From positions 10,602,001 to 10,666,000 of the forward strand of contig CM060734.1 of NCBI GenBank assembly GCA_030704615.1: 64,000 nt of DNA, read 5' to 3'. Positions within the stretch are counted from its first letter, which is position 1; every line of letters begins with the position of its first letter. Origin of the DNA: Takakia lepidozioides. Taxonomy: Eukaryota; Plantae; Bryophyta. Made by a program: the position numbers and the translations under genes. Below the pieces are notes generated by a model, which was given only the letters and a program-made list of their open reading frames with translations, made no database searches and had not been told where the DNA came from. This document shows, piece by piece, positions 36,668-49,900 of this stretch.

Positions 36668-36999
36668 GTGGAGCCATGAAGAAAAAATTTAACTCATTGA
36701 AGAAAGAGGAGCCATTAAGAAAGATTGAACTCATTGAAGCAAGAGGAGCCATTAAGAAAGATTGAACTCATTCAAGATAGTGGAGCCATTAACAAAGATT
36801 GATGTCATTCAACAAAGTGGAGCCATTGACAAAATTGATGTCATTCAACAAAGTGGATCCATTAAGAATGATTGATGTCATTGAAGACAATGGATCAATT
36901 AAAAAAGATTGGTGCACTCACGAAAGTGGAGCCATTACGAAATATTGAACTCATTCAACAAAGTGGAGTCATTGACAAAGATTGAACTCCTTCAGAACA
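36668..36999. repeat. Tandem array of ~9 x ~37-bp (gtggagccattaagaaagattgaactcattcaacaaa)
   Basis: Direct reading; lies just downstream of the MULE-2 transposase stop. Confidence 0.9.
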
Positions 37000-37001
37000 C
37001 C

Positions 37002-40000
37002 TCAGATTTCACCTGTCCTATCTCGCTGCAGAAGTGTCTGAACCTCACTGGGACCCATTGTACATTGGTGAATGCACGTGTCTCGTTGAGGATCACAAAA
37101 CATCATTTGAATGTAGATGTAGTAAAGATGTTTGCACAGGACAAATTTGCCTCTCTTTCCAATGGAGCTTGATAGCGTGTTCTGGAAGTCCGGGCATGTG
37201 CAATTTGGAAAATTCCCAACAGTAATCTCATAACTCCTGTCATGAACAACAGATCCCGATGTCACCATACTCTACACCCGCTCACAGCCTGGAGGGGGGA
37301 CATTGACAATTTGGGTCACCCGACACTGCAGGGTTCTAGCAGACTCAATTTTGCATTGATGATCAGCACCTGCCTCAACACGACGGACCTATTTTCCATT
37401 TCTTTTCGTAGGCCAGTCGTTCCCATGTGGTGGACATGCAGGGAATGCGGATGGCAAACCCCGTGATGGAATTGGTATTACGACAGTTGGGCCTCTTGGA
37501 AGTCGAAACCCAGCATCCTCCAGCATGTCAATTTCTTGTTTGGAGAGAGATGTTCCCACCTTCACTGGCCACACGACAGCAATTTGAGGCTTACTGATGA
37601 TTGAATCCCGACAAGTCCCCATCACACAACACTCAATGTCATTAGGGCAGAACCAGATCTTGTGAGGCCTAGACTCTCGTGCAGTGTAATGTTTGAACAA
37701 ACCTGTGAAAGTCGGGGCAAGAGTCCCATGAGCGCCTCTACAAATCTTACTGGTGCACTTCACCAAGGACATTGCCCTGATAGCAGAACACCCAACTTTT
37801 GATCCTTGGGGAGTCCGTTCAATGTGCCACATTGCATCACCACAATCGGACTCTTCGACCGGCATCATCGTCTCTCCTTCTCCCCGCACTAGAGCGGTGG
37901 GATATCTTGCATTGAAATTTGCAGAAGAACATGCACCCACATAGGGAGTGCCAGATTCAAAATTGGGTGGCACAGGCACACGAGGTATGGAGAAATTATC
38001 TCTATCATGCCGATGGGAGTCACCAGCGGATCCTGGAGGGGTGTCCAATTTGTGCTTGCATGAACCGAATCTCTCCTCACCTTCTAGAGTGGGAGCTTGG
38101 ACTGCAAAGGTGTTCCAGTTGTGTAGTCGTTAACAGCCCTGGCCATTTTTGCTGGATGCTTGGATCTATTTGTAGCCCTGAGCAGCAACTTTGCCATGTC
38201 TGGCCCTTTACCAGCACCCCGTCCCCTCAGGAAGTCTCGGTACTTTGTTTGTTGAGAAAGCGCGCCGCGGACCATGTCATCTGCAGTTGCAACGTAAAGG
38301 TTCCGACCGTTCTTACCGGATTGCACCATCCATATACTAAGCACAGTCGCCACCAGATTGCAGGAGGGCATATCCGCAATGTCCTCCAGTGACATATTCT
38401 GCATGAAATTAAACACAAGCCATGATTATGTGGAGCAACAATTGAACTGGACTGGATGGCATGTTCGGTCATGGACATATCCCCTTATGACAATGAAGAA
38501 AGAAGAATCATGGTAGTATGCTCGTCATGAAGGCACCCCACTGTTTGTATCTGAAGTGCTAGAAGCCCAACCAACTTCTTCCAGCTCTTTGATTCCATCC
38601 AGACTTGCTGCATCAAAGGAGTACCACCATGCTCGGATAGTCTGGAACATGGAGTTTGCTTCTTGCTCGGTTGTGGCATCTTTATACAAACGACATAGTC
38701 TCAGATGCTCCTCCTGCAACTCCAGTTTTATTGAACTCTTTGTGTGTCGTCAAAGGGACTAGGTCCAATGAAAGAGGCAAGTGTGTTCCCGGCCTTGCAT
38801 TGGTATTTTGGGGTCACCAGAACCAAAAACAGTCCGGACATCATTCCAATTTGCTTGTGCGCTATCAGCCATGAACCCAGTGAAGTTTGGATCTGGCACA
38901 TCATTCGCTCTCATGACGTTAACAAGGGACTTCCATATAAGAATTTGGGACTCTGTGTCCTCCGACTACATGTCACAAACAACAATAGTCATAACTCTCT
39001 GGTATGCAGGATTGTACACATGATAGGCCATGGTCGTCCAATCCTTCACACGTTTACGTGATCAAACATAATCCATGATTTGTGAAAATCACCACCGGCC
39101 TGCATTCTACGCACCAGGCTAACTCCCAAACCCTCCCCAACTGTGGACATCTTGAATAAGTACACTTTCCTGGACCCCTGCCCCGGGAAAACACTGTCAT
39201 GGATGAAGTCATATCGGCTTCTACGCTTCATTTCCAGGATACTATCCAAGTAGCCTGTGTTGCCTGCCCCAGTCCTAGAAGGACGTTGATTTGATTTCGA
39301 ACATTGGGCGAAGTCAATGTTGAGAAATGGTCCATAACAGTGTCAAGTGATGTACATAGTGTCAAACTTTGTCATGGACTCCTCTGATTCTCCCAGCACA
39401 TGTTTTTGCAGGAAGCCTTTGCTTGCTGCAAGAGCAATGGCGGATGGTGATGCAGTGGGAGCATTATGAAATTCATGTTGAAGCAGTGAACGGACTGTAT
39501 CAATACTCTCCTTGCACTCTCCTTGCGACACAGGATGTGCATGACTGCCGAAATGGATACAAGCCCGTGTGAGGTTGTTGCAACGGTGAAGCACGTAGTA
39601 CATTCGTCCCAATGCACAGATGAATTTACAGATATTGCAAACAAGCATACTGCTGCTTGGAGGAGCACACCCTCCTTTGAATGGGTTGTCGCAGACACCC
39701 TCCCACTCCGTCTCATTTGCGGAAGTGCTAATAAGCAGCATTTGCACAATGGAGGTGTCTAATGCAAATGGATCTCAGGAACTTCAAGCCATGCAGATTG
39801 CATATATTGGAAGTTTTTGTCCGGCACCTTGGGTGTCCATCGACGTGCTTCTTATCCATGCCCGCCATGAGTCTTGCCAAACCTCCACAGGACGTCGGAG
39901 GCGGCAATTTAAAAACAATATCACCATCAAATTCAGTGGGAAGGAATTTTGTTCTTTCGATCCGCTGTGTTTCCCAGGAAATGCCTCTCACATCACTCTT

Positions 40001-40560
40001 GCATCCTGGCAACCCTCTTAATGACTGCAACTTCAGAATGACACTGGTGATCTCTTGGACATCCGGGTCCACCAGAACAGGAGGGTTCGGAGGAGTGGGG
40101 AGCTCCGAGATTTCGTCTTCTGAACTATCGGAGAGCTCCACAAATGTGGTGGAGGTGGTTTCTTCTGTTTTGATGGCCACAACTTTAATTGGGACCTGAG
40201 CCACCGAAGCAGCTGTTCCGGGCGTGACTATCAAACCCGCTCACAGACGTCTTTGATCTCCATGAATGCGATACTTGGCAGTTGGAACTCTCCATTCGCG
40301 CCAACTATCGCATATATGCGGCTTATGAACCAATGTGCCCTCGACCTTCCCAATATCATCATATATCTCTCTCACCACATGGACAGTCCCTGGCTCAAAG
40401 CGGAAGGTTATGCAAAGCGAGTCCTCCTCAACAACGGCCAGCCCATTGTCGTCGGCGAGGGCGCTGAGGTACTCTGCTTGTGCATTGCAGTAGAATATTA
40501 CCACATCCGAGGTGGGAGACATTGCATGCACGAATAGGGATTAGGGGCAGTGGACAATAC
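37002..40560 (-). pseudogene. MULE-2 transposase (GCM-like, DDE, SWIM), heavily disabled
   Basis: DGHPRCRTKTSN, HFGSHAHP, WIMFDHV, FMADSAQAN, CLFHW and CTCPDF..CKHLYY fragments homologous to 11746-15338. Confidence 0.88.
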
Positions 40561-41181
40561 GAGGTAGCAGGTCACGCGGATGCCTGAAGTGTGGATAGTA
40601 CTTCCCTCACTGAGGCTATTTCTTCTGTTGCATGCTTGTCATTTACTGGCCGCCTTTCAGCCTGACAGAAAGAGCAGTATATTATTTTGTTGTTGGCAGA
40701 ATACAGACTGTTCGCACAATTTTGTGGCAGACACAGAATTCCGGCGGATAATGCCGCAGCCCCTTCCATACGGACTCCAATGTGGGCCGAACGGCTGCTG
40801 ACAGCCATGGGTGCGTGGCATGCTAGGAGAGGAACGTCCTGCATGGGCCATCAAGAAAATGATGGTCGGGATAGCTGTCCATTTCTCGGCAACGCAGCTA
40901 GCAAACCCCCCCCCCCCCCCGCAAGAACAAAAACCCATTTACGAGCCGTTACTCTATTTTTGGATCTTATCATCCGTTGATGTCTGTGATGAAACCCTAA
41001 CCGCCATCCATCTATGTCATCTACCTAAGGGATGTCTTGGAAGATGAGAGTCCCGCCTTCGTCATTTCACACTCGTCACACTGGAGCCTCCCAACAACGA
41101 GAGCGTTTCTATAAAGAATAGAGCGCGGCGTAAGTCTCTTTACTTCACGTCGGCGAGACAGAGGTTGAAAGCGAGAGAGAG

Positions 41182-44100
41182 GATGAAGAAAACTCGTAGG
41201 GCGTTAAATCTTTCTGAGGGAGAAAGTGACCGTGAGGGGGAGGGATCTATGGGCGAAGGTATGGAGACTCGGGAAGGTCAAGAGCCCTTTCTGGACAAGC
41301 AGCTCAAGGAGCTCTTAGAGCGGCCCCTTTTGAGTGAGTCTCGCAGCGAGAGAATGCAAGCTATACAGGAGGAGGAAGGCGGAAGGACCTCAGGCGTTAG
41401 TCATGTGGAGGAGGTGGCTATGGAGCAGAGTCCGCAAAGGGTCGTGGCTACAGGGGAGTGGCCACCAAACATTCAATTGTCTTTGTGGGCGTTGAAGGAG
41501 AAGGCTCAAGAGGAAGGCAACATGTGAGTAGGAGATGTGGACACTTGCAGCGGAGGGCAGACTTTGATTCAGGTGAGTGGATGAGCATTTGTGTTTCATA
41601 GTGTCTTTGTTTTTGCATTCGTAGAGATGAAGAGAGGATTCATAGAGATGAAGAGAGGATTCATAGAGATGAAGAGAGGAGGAGGAATAGAAGATTGGGT
41701 GCCATTTTAAGCTGGCGTTGACGACAGCTTAATCTGGCGTCTCATCATCCCCACCATTACATGGTTCAGGGTTTCTTACATGTTCAGAAGAACTGGAAGA
41801 TTAAGGTGGCGTCAACGCCAGCTTAATGAGGCACCTCTGGGAGCCATCATTTTGTGCTACAGAGACTGAAAGAGACCTAATAGTAAGCATCCGTCAACGC
41901 AATATTTATGTGGCTGGCCATCAGCCCATCGGATCGTTCCATGTTTGCACAATGAAATATGCTTGTTCAGGACGTATAAATATGCTGGAAGTTGTGGAGG
42001 ATTAAGCTGGCGTTGACGCCACCTTAATCTGGGCCTGAATTTGCTGTCCAACCACATGGTATTTTGCAGAGAAAATGGAAGAAGGCGTGGGAGAGTCAGC
42101 GTGAGTTTCCCACTGAGGAAGAGGGAGCTGAGAGGATGCAAACCATGCAAGACGAGGATGACGTCGTGACTGAGGAGGACGTGCCAAGCGAGCAGTCTCG
42201 GTAGCGGGTTGTGGCTACAGTGGAGCAGCCACTCGACACACAAGTGCGTTTGCAAACTTTGAAGGAGAAGACTCAAGTGCAAGGCACCATGTGAGGAGGA
42301 GATGTGGGGTCTTCCAGTAGTGTACAGAAGCCGTTAAAGGTTAGTTTCTCTCTTACAATTCATGTTTTATGCATTCCAAGTGATGAGGAGGAGAGAAAGA
42401 AGCCAAGCAGGGGAGGCATACTAAGCTGGCCTCAACGCTACCTTAATCTGGCATCTCATTGCCATTGTGAGGGTTTATTTGAAGCACAGAGGAGGAGGCA
42501 GATTAAGGTATCATTGATGCCAGCTTAATCTGGCAACTCTTGGAGTCATGGTTTACGAATACTAGGGTCCCAACCGTCCATTATATCTTCGCCTAGCAAT
42601 TTCTCTGATCCCTGGATGTCAGTCACTTACACGTAAACGGCTGCGGAACCCTTCAAGTACTCGTGGATAATATCACCCTGTAGCTTCTTGATATCGTGAT
42701 GTAGGGCAGGCCGAACTGTAGGCATGGAATTCATCCCGCACAAAGGTAGGAGAAGAGTACCATCGCGAACTTCCATGGAGTTGATGACCTTTCTGGAGTT
42801 CACCTTGGATGTGTACATAAGAGAATGCACTTTATCTTCATAGTTCTCCTCCACGTTTTTCTCCCTCTCTTGAGGAACAACTGTTTCCTGTGGAGGCTGG
42901 CTTTCCCCTGCCTTCTTCCTTTTTCTCTGTAAAATTCCATGTGTCTGGGCATCAGTTCTAGGGCCACATTAAGCTGTCGTCAACGCCACCTTAATCTTCC
43001 TGTAATTCCACCCTTCTTTTTGCGATTTGCAACATCCTTCTCAGGGAATTATGGCGAGCCACATTAAGATGGCATTGGCGACAGCTTTTAATATGAAGCC
43101 TCCTTGGGTCGACCTTACTTGTTGAACATAGTGGCAAAGTTTGAAAACAAACAAAAATCATTTGGATGGTCAACCATTCGATCGCCCATAGAGAAGTAAC
43201 ACGGAGTTTGAGGCAGAGCTTGCTCAGAACCCAGCACACCGGCAGTATATGGGAAAGATGTTTTTTGACTGGGATGGTAATCACCGTTTGGTTGCCTGGA
43301 TGGAATATATCACCAGAATGCATGCGGACATCAAAGACTGGCACCATCAAGTTGTGTCAATGGTTTTGGATCCACAAGGCAATATTACGCAACTTTTGAC
43401 GGCAATGCACGATATAAACAAATAATGATCATTTTCATTCCTTGCCTTGGGTTACATGGATGTCTCAATCTTGAAGCATCAATTGTCAACTAACATGTGC
43501 AGGGGCACGGAGACATCACACGTCACCATGAACATAGTGCATACACTGTTTCGGATGCAAAGCATCGGGGTGATGCCATTGGAAACGTTTTCAGTGTCTT
43601 GTCTGCGGAGACACTGAAGAAATGCGAAACAATCAAGAAGACTGAAACTTGGTACAACCTGACAAGGGAAGCGCTCCTCGACTACTTGTACGCGGTAAGA
43701 ATACGTTCTGATCAGACATCCATGTTGCTTCAATTATGGATCACATTTGTTCTTACCTGGGTTGCACGATGTAATACGAAGCTACTGTTCTTGTGTCACA
43801 GCAAGAAATTGCAGATGCGGGAGAACGAGCCAAGCTGGAGTATTATGCCACTGCTCCAGATGATGAGAGAACAACAAACGGGGTGGAGGTGAAAATGAAG
43901 GAGGAGATGGATCTGGCGAGGAAGAACCTGAAGAGTGCGTTCGACAAACACATAAGAATTGCTGACCCTGGACTGGGAAAGGGGTTTTTGGAGCAGGTTC
44001 GGATCCACTGGAACAAGCCCACCAAACCTGAGATGACACAGGAAAAGCTCCACCGTCTATCAATTTCCATGGTTGACCCTGCTCAAAAAGTGAGGTGGCT

Positions 44101-44370
44101 GGAAATCTGGAACTCGGATCCAATCATCCGGGACACAAACAATTTCCCCAAACCAATGAAGGACCCTTCCACTGGAATGGTGACACCTACGAGCGACCGC
44201 GCTTTTGACACTTGGTTGCACAAAGCAACCTTCTGGAGCCAGGTAAGACTGTCCCTACATTCAAAGTAGTTGGGAATGAGTACATGTTTGTTGTTACTCA
44301 AGCACTCAGAATATGGTGACTGTTTTTGCAGCTAGAGAAGCGGGCCATTGACACATTTGAGAAGTCACTG
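41182..44370 (+). pseudogene. MULE-2 ParB-like accessory gene, 5' half only, with an internal inversion
   Basis: WDGNHRLVAW..VLDPQGNITQLLTAMHDINK at ~43270-43420; TWYNLTREALLDY; DPGLGKGFLEQ..KVRWLEIWNSD..WLHKATFWSQ, homologous to 9800-8500. The MTase-like part is absent. Confidence 0.82.
41707..43092. repeat. Seven dispersed intronic palindromes ATTAAG[C/G]TG[G/T]CGT-CA/TG-ACG[C/A]CA[G/C]CTTAAT
   Basis: Sites at 41707-41732, 41800-41827, 42001-42028, 42421-42447, 42502-42529, 42968-42995, 43063-43092. Confidence 0.9.
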
Positions 44371-44614
44371 CTAGACTAATGGCCTAAAGCGTAATTTTTT
44401 AGTGTCTCTTTTAAAAATTATGGATTGAACGCACAACCTCCTAAAGTCTAAAATGAACTATCTATTTCAAATCCAAACTATTTAGCTTTAAGGTAGTTCT
44501 ACTCTAGGTACTTAAGTTCTATAATCATCTAATCTTAAGGTCTAAGCTACTTTTAGCCTTAAGGTACTTGTAGATCCAAGCAAATGCGAAGCCCTTGCCC
44601 TTGCCCCACAAATA

Positions 44615-45740
44615 ACTAGTTGCAGATAAATCAAACATCCGGATTTACTCGGCGAGTAAATCTAGATAAGGATAAATGATTTACCCGGATTGGCCCATTT
44701 CACTTACAGTTACACTTATCCTTAAGACGGATAAATAATCTGAGATACCCTTATCCTTACCTTTCTGAAGGGTAAATAATCTCCATATACCCTTTATCCG
44801 CGGATAAATAGAAATTTCTGGAGGGTAAGTAGCAAAAGGATAAATAAAAAACTCTTCATCCCTAAGTATGAGGGCCTTCACTCAAGGGCCCTTGTGCACG
44901 CATCTCCCTCTCTCACCATCTCCAAGGGCGTACCATTATCGGCGTACCATTGTCCTACGTAATATATAAGGGCTTTGTCTCTATCAAAAGCGTTGGGTTT
45001 GTCTCAAGAGTCACTTTGCTTAGAGTGCACAAGCGAGCAGTTTCCAATGCTACTAACTACCTGGATCTTGGAGGCACTAGTTTCGTGGACGAGGCACTTG
45101 TACATGGTCTTATTTGGCTTTGTTTGACTATTATCTTTGGCTCATGATCATCCCTCATATTATAGGCCACATATGATACAATCAGCCTCATACTAAGCCA
45201 AAAAATAGACCAAAAAATGATTACCTTAATTAATTCGTTATATTTTTTGAGTTGAGCATAACAAAAAAAAACTGCACAACAGGTGGTAGCTCAGCTGGTA
45301 AGTGCACAGTGTGTTGCCCTGGTGGTTCGGGGTTCAAACCCGCTGCCCTGACTGGTGTGTGGATCGTTCGTGACCGGTTGGTCTGGTAGTGACGTTTCCA
45401 CCTGTGTGCCTAATGGCTTCTCTGAAAGGGGGTTAATTTTTCCCCCTCCTCAAGGGCCTGAATTGTGAGCAGTCGCTCCCAGGTTTCTTAAAAAAAAATT
45501 AAAAAAAAAAATCCTTCAATATATCCTTTATTTACCCGGCGGGAATTGAAAGGGTAAATCTTTATCCTTACCCATATTTATCCTTATCCGATGAAAAATA
45601 TTGGCTTTTACCCTGTGTCCGTAGGATAAATAAATGGACATATAAATAATTTACCCTTACTAGGAGGATAAGCAATCCTCTGATTTCTACTTACCCTTAT
45701 CCGGAGGTTAGCAAAAATCTATTTACCCGCACAACCCTGG
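44615..45740. repeat. AT-rich non-autonomous DNA-TE/MITE-like relic rich in GGATAA/GGGTAA motifs in both orientations
   Basis: Motif clusters at 44625-44860 and 45520-45740; TIR and TSD not resolved. Confidence 0.4.
45282..45511 (+). mobile_element. tRNA-derived SINE
   Basis: A-box TAGCTCAGCTGG at 45287-45298, B-box GGTTCAAACCC at 45331-45341, ~150-bp body, A-tail at 45490-45511. Confidence 0.82.
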
Positions 45741-46999
45741 TTACAACTTACAACATGGTTAATAACCCGAATCCCCCTGACGAGTGAAGAACTGGGTTGC
45801 TTATTACAATGCAAGTGTCCAACATACACTAAGCATCCTTCAAGACACGTAGGACCAATAGTCACAAGCCAATCTGAACAACACTAGGACAACACTGGAC
45901 ATTGCTCACGTAAAGGATCGATAAGAAAGGCCATTGCGGCTGTTCGAGGCGTCCCTCACTTCACTGTTACAATCTACAACAGCACTGAGCTGTTTGCTGC
46001 AACTTCTGCCAAGCCTAGTCTGAGCCTTTTGGAGATCAGTGCTCACCGCCTCTCTTTCTCTTTTGTCGGATCAGAAGAGCGAGCTGCGAGACAGCAGCAC
46101 GGACCGCGCCCGCGGTCGCGGCACCGGCTGCGCGGTCGGTAGTACAAGTATAGTACTGTAGTACAGTAGCTCAGAGATGGATGAAGGATGAATGTTGTGG
46201 GGACGTCGGACTACTCCGCCATTGAACGGGTTCATCCACGAAGAGAGGAGCTTCTCCGAGTAAGCGTTGACCAAGCGCATGGAGGAAAGGCAATGGCGGT
46301 CTGCTCAGCGCCCCCCGCGTACTTTCTTCTCTGATCACGTGGCCCCCGTTCTCCTTGACTGCTCAATGTAGTCTAGGGTATGTTGGTTCTTCTCCTTGGA
46401 TGTTTCGGAATGGAGGAAGGTATTGACCATTCAGTGCGGTGTGAGATGGGAGGGGCAGGAGATCGGAGGAGGTGGATGCTGTTTTCGTTGTTGAAATCCA
46501 GGTTGTGATTTGTGGAAGTGATCGACAGCTGGGGTTTTGGGGTTGATCTGGGTTTCTGAACATCTGGGTGTTGAGTTGGGCTTTCAAAATTGGCAGAATT
46601 TATTGAGGTTTTGGTTTCTGCTTCGGTTCTCACCCAGTCGCGTGGAGCTCCGGATATGAAGGCCGGTCGTCGCTCATCCTTGGGTTGGGGTTGAGGGGTG
46701 GGGTGGGATTCCGTACCGGTTAAAGATTGAAATTGAAGGTTTTTCGGCAATTTTGATTTCAAGCTGGAGCGATCATTTCGTCAGTCTCTTCTCTTAAGAC
46801 TCTCCCCTTTGTCTCTTCTCTGTGAAGAATCACCTTTTTATGACAATAAACTTTTCCAGTTGATTAAGGCCGTCTGGCTGCTACTGCAAAGCACAGAGGA
46901 TCCAGAAAAGAGGCAGTGCAAGGGTGTTGTGATCGAATCACGTACTTCTGTTCATCAGGTCACAAAATTCAGCCTCGAATGTGACTGTCCAAACGGAAA

Positions 47000-49900
47000 A
47001 TGGCGCCTTACAAGGACCTGCAGCTAGCTAGTCTGGGGCCTCTCTCCATGGTCATGTCAGGGGTGACAGATTTAGAAGCTCAACAATCTCTAGGAGGACG
47101 TGAATTGGAGACTTGGCCCCTTCTGTCATCAACAGATGACAGAGCAGGGGAGGCTAGGGGTTTGGCAGAGAAGGATGTACAGAAAGTGGTCACATTCAGA
47201 GAGAAAGTTGAGGTCAAGGTCACAGGTATGACGTGTGTGGCATGTTCGAATTCGGTGGAGAAAGCCCTTTCGCGGTTGCCAGGGGTGGTGTCTGCTTCGG
47301 TTGCATTGCTGCAGAACAAGGCCGATGTCACTTACGATCCATCCCTGCTGAAGGTTTGATGTCCACTGTCTTGTCAACTTGAGCCCTATAACTGTTACTT
47401 TTGACTTTTAATTGCTGGGGTTTCAGTGGCATGTCTGTCCGGGGCCTCAATCAGACTCCACAAATCCTAGAAAGGTGGATACTCGAAAAAGTTACCAACG
47501 ATCATTAAGCCAGGTCATGCATTCTTCTTTCCCTCTCTCCGTTTGTCTCTTGGGTGTACAAACAAACCCCACACAGCAACTGCCTTTGCAAGTCTTCAAC
47601 CACTCTCTCTATTCTCTATTACTGTCTCTCTAATGGTAGTTGAGGCTACGGCAAACAACGTCTTATGAGTACATTCTCTAATGGTAGTTGGTAACGGTAA
47701 TGCCCACTCTCGACACTAGACTGAAATTTAAACTCAGGGCGGGAAGCCGACCTTTGAACAGCAAACAGAAGCAGAGAGGAAAGGGAGAGTGCAATTGCCC
47801 GTTGTGTGGGCAACCTGAAGACAATTTCCATTTTCTGATTCATTGTCCGGGGTTCTTTCACCAGAGAGACCCTCTCTTCAAATCTATCAAGGGAATTGTG
47901 CCTGTACCTCCGTTTACCAATTTTGCAAGTCTCGAGTCTGAGCCAAAAGCCCAGGCCCTTCTGGGGCCTAGTTATTGGGCAAACCACACACAGCAGGTTG
48001 ATGCTTGTGTAAAGGATTTCTAGAGGATATCTGGCAAACCCGGATCAATTGTTTATTCCAAGGTAAGTCTTACTACCAGCATCAGCCCCTGACAAAGGTG
48101 GGTTCTGTCCCTTTGTGTTCCGCTCAAACTGGGCGCGGGGTCAATGGCCACAAGGCTACGGCAAATGCATAAGTTTATACCTGCAGGGGATAAGCTAAAC
48201 CCTGGTGGGTGCGAACCCCACAAAAGGCTTTGGGAGGGTTTGTTTCCCGCGAGGTCAATGGCCATAAGGCTATGGCACCAACGCTCAGGGGGAATGGCAT
48301 GAGTACATTCTCTATTCTCTCAAGCAGCCTGGAGCAACGAGTATCTCTTTAAAATCAAGTTACTATAGCTTATTGTTGGGCAAAATGATGGTTTAGTGCT
48401 TGCATTGTCCACATGTGGCATAATCTGGACACAGTTAGTGGAATTGATGTCACAATGTATAGTTACCTCCAATTTCTCTGTAATTGTTTTTGGTCAAGGA
48501 TGCAGTTGCAAGCTGGGCGTATTCCTACTTCCCTGCATGGCTTTCGTAGAAGATTCAAAGACAATTTCTGGTTGAAATATGCATAGATTCTTGTCCATGC
48601 ATAGTTTAATAACTCTTTGAATCCTTCTAGCAAGTCCGGCAGATTCATTGTATGGTGGATTCATCTGCAACAGTGAGCTTGGAAGCAGCTACATGTTTTA
48701 CCGCTCTGTGGGAAAAATGGCCTGTTTCAGTTTTTGGACCTCATATCAGCATGCTTGCTTGCAGGAAGAGGATATCCAAGAGGCTATCGAGGATACTGGA
48801 TTTGATGCAGAGATCCTTTCCAAAGGAATTGTTTCCAACTTCGGTGCTCATGGAGCCACCAGAACGGCCACAATGGTTGGGCAGTTTCGAGTAAGAGGAA
48901 TGACTTGCGCTGCTTGTGTAAACTCAGTAGAAAGCGTGTTGAAGAAGCTGCCAGGGATATCCAGTGCATCTGTTGCCTTGGCCACAGAGATGGGGGACGT
49001 AGAATTTGATCCAAAGGTGATAGATCGACTAGCAATTATCGATGCCATTGAGGATGCGGGGTTTGACGCCGAATTAGTAGAGAGTGGTCAACGGGATCAA
49101 CTGAGCTTTACAGTGGAGGGGATGTACACTGACGCTGATGGTAAAAATGTGGAGGGGCTGCTGAATCTCCTGAAAGGGGTGAGACAACTCACTGTGGATT
49201 CAGCTATAGAGAAGGTAGATTTATTAATTGACCCAGAACTAATTGGGCTGAGGGCCATAGTTGATGCGATAGAAAGCAAAGGAGCTGGCCGCTACAAAGT
49301 GGTTGTACCAAATGCTTACACGACCCATTCACCAAATCGCTCTCAGGAGGTTAGGCAGATGCGTCATCTGCTTCTGTGGAGCTGTGCTTTCAGTGTGAGT
49401 TCCTTACTTCCAGGGTTTAGCTTCACCTGGCATCATTGTTGTTAAGTGTTACACAGAAGGCATGAGGTTGCTTTGCTGGGTCTATCCAGGAAACTTCCAA
49501 CCAATCAGGGTTTGTTCTTACCTATGCTTCAACTAATTCGATTGTTTTTGGCGGTGCTTGTGTGATGCAGATTCCGGTGATTTTTGTGTCGGTCGTGTGT
49601 CCCTCTCTGTTATCCCCCGTGTTACAATGTGGGCCCTTCCTGATGTCCGATTGGCTCAAGTGGGTACTTGTGACACCTGTCCAGTTTGTGATTGGTCGTC
49701 GGTTCTACATTGCAGCATACCACTCTCTGCGAAGACGGTCTGCAAACATGGATGTCCTGGTAGCTTTGGGAACAACAGCATCATTTTTGTACTCTGTATG
49801 TGCTGTCTTGTATGGGACAATTGTAGGCTATAAGGCGATGACGTATTTCGAGACTAGTGCCATGCTTATTTCATTTGTTCTCCTTGGTAAATACCTGGAG

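Larger units (their letters stand above)
36520..44370. mobile_element. Second, divergent MULE of the same architecture, inverted and truncated (no TSD found)
   Basis: Transposase relic on the minus strand and ParB-like gene relic on the plus strand, head-to-head; proteins colinear with MULE-1. Confidence 0.85.

Noticed and set aside
36668-36999. CRISPR-like 37-bp repeats
   Set aside because: Head-to-tail tandem units with no unique spacers
45282-45355. tRNA gene
   Set aside because: No convincing acceptor or anticodon stems; followed by a SINE body and A-tail
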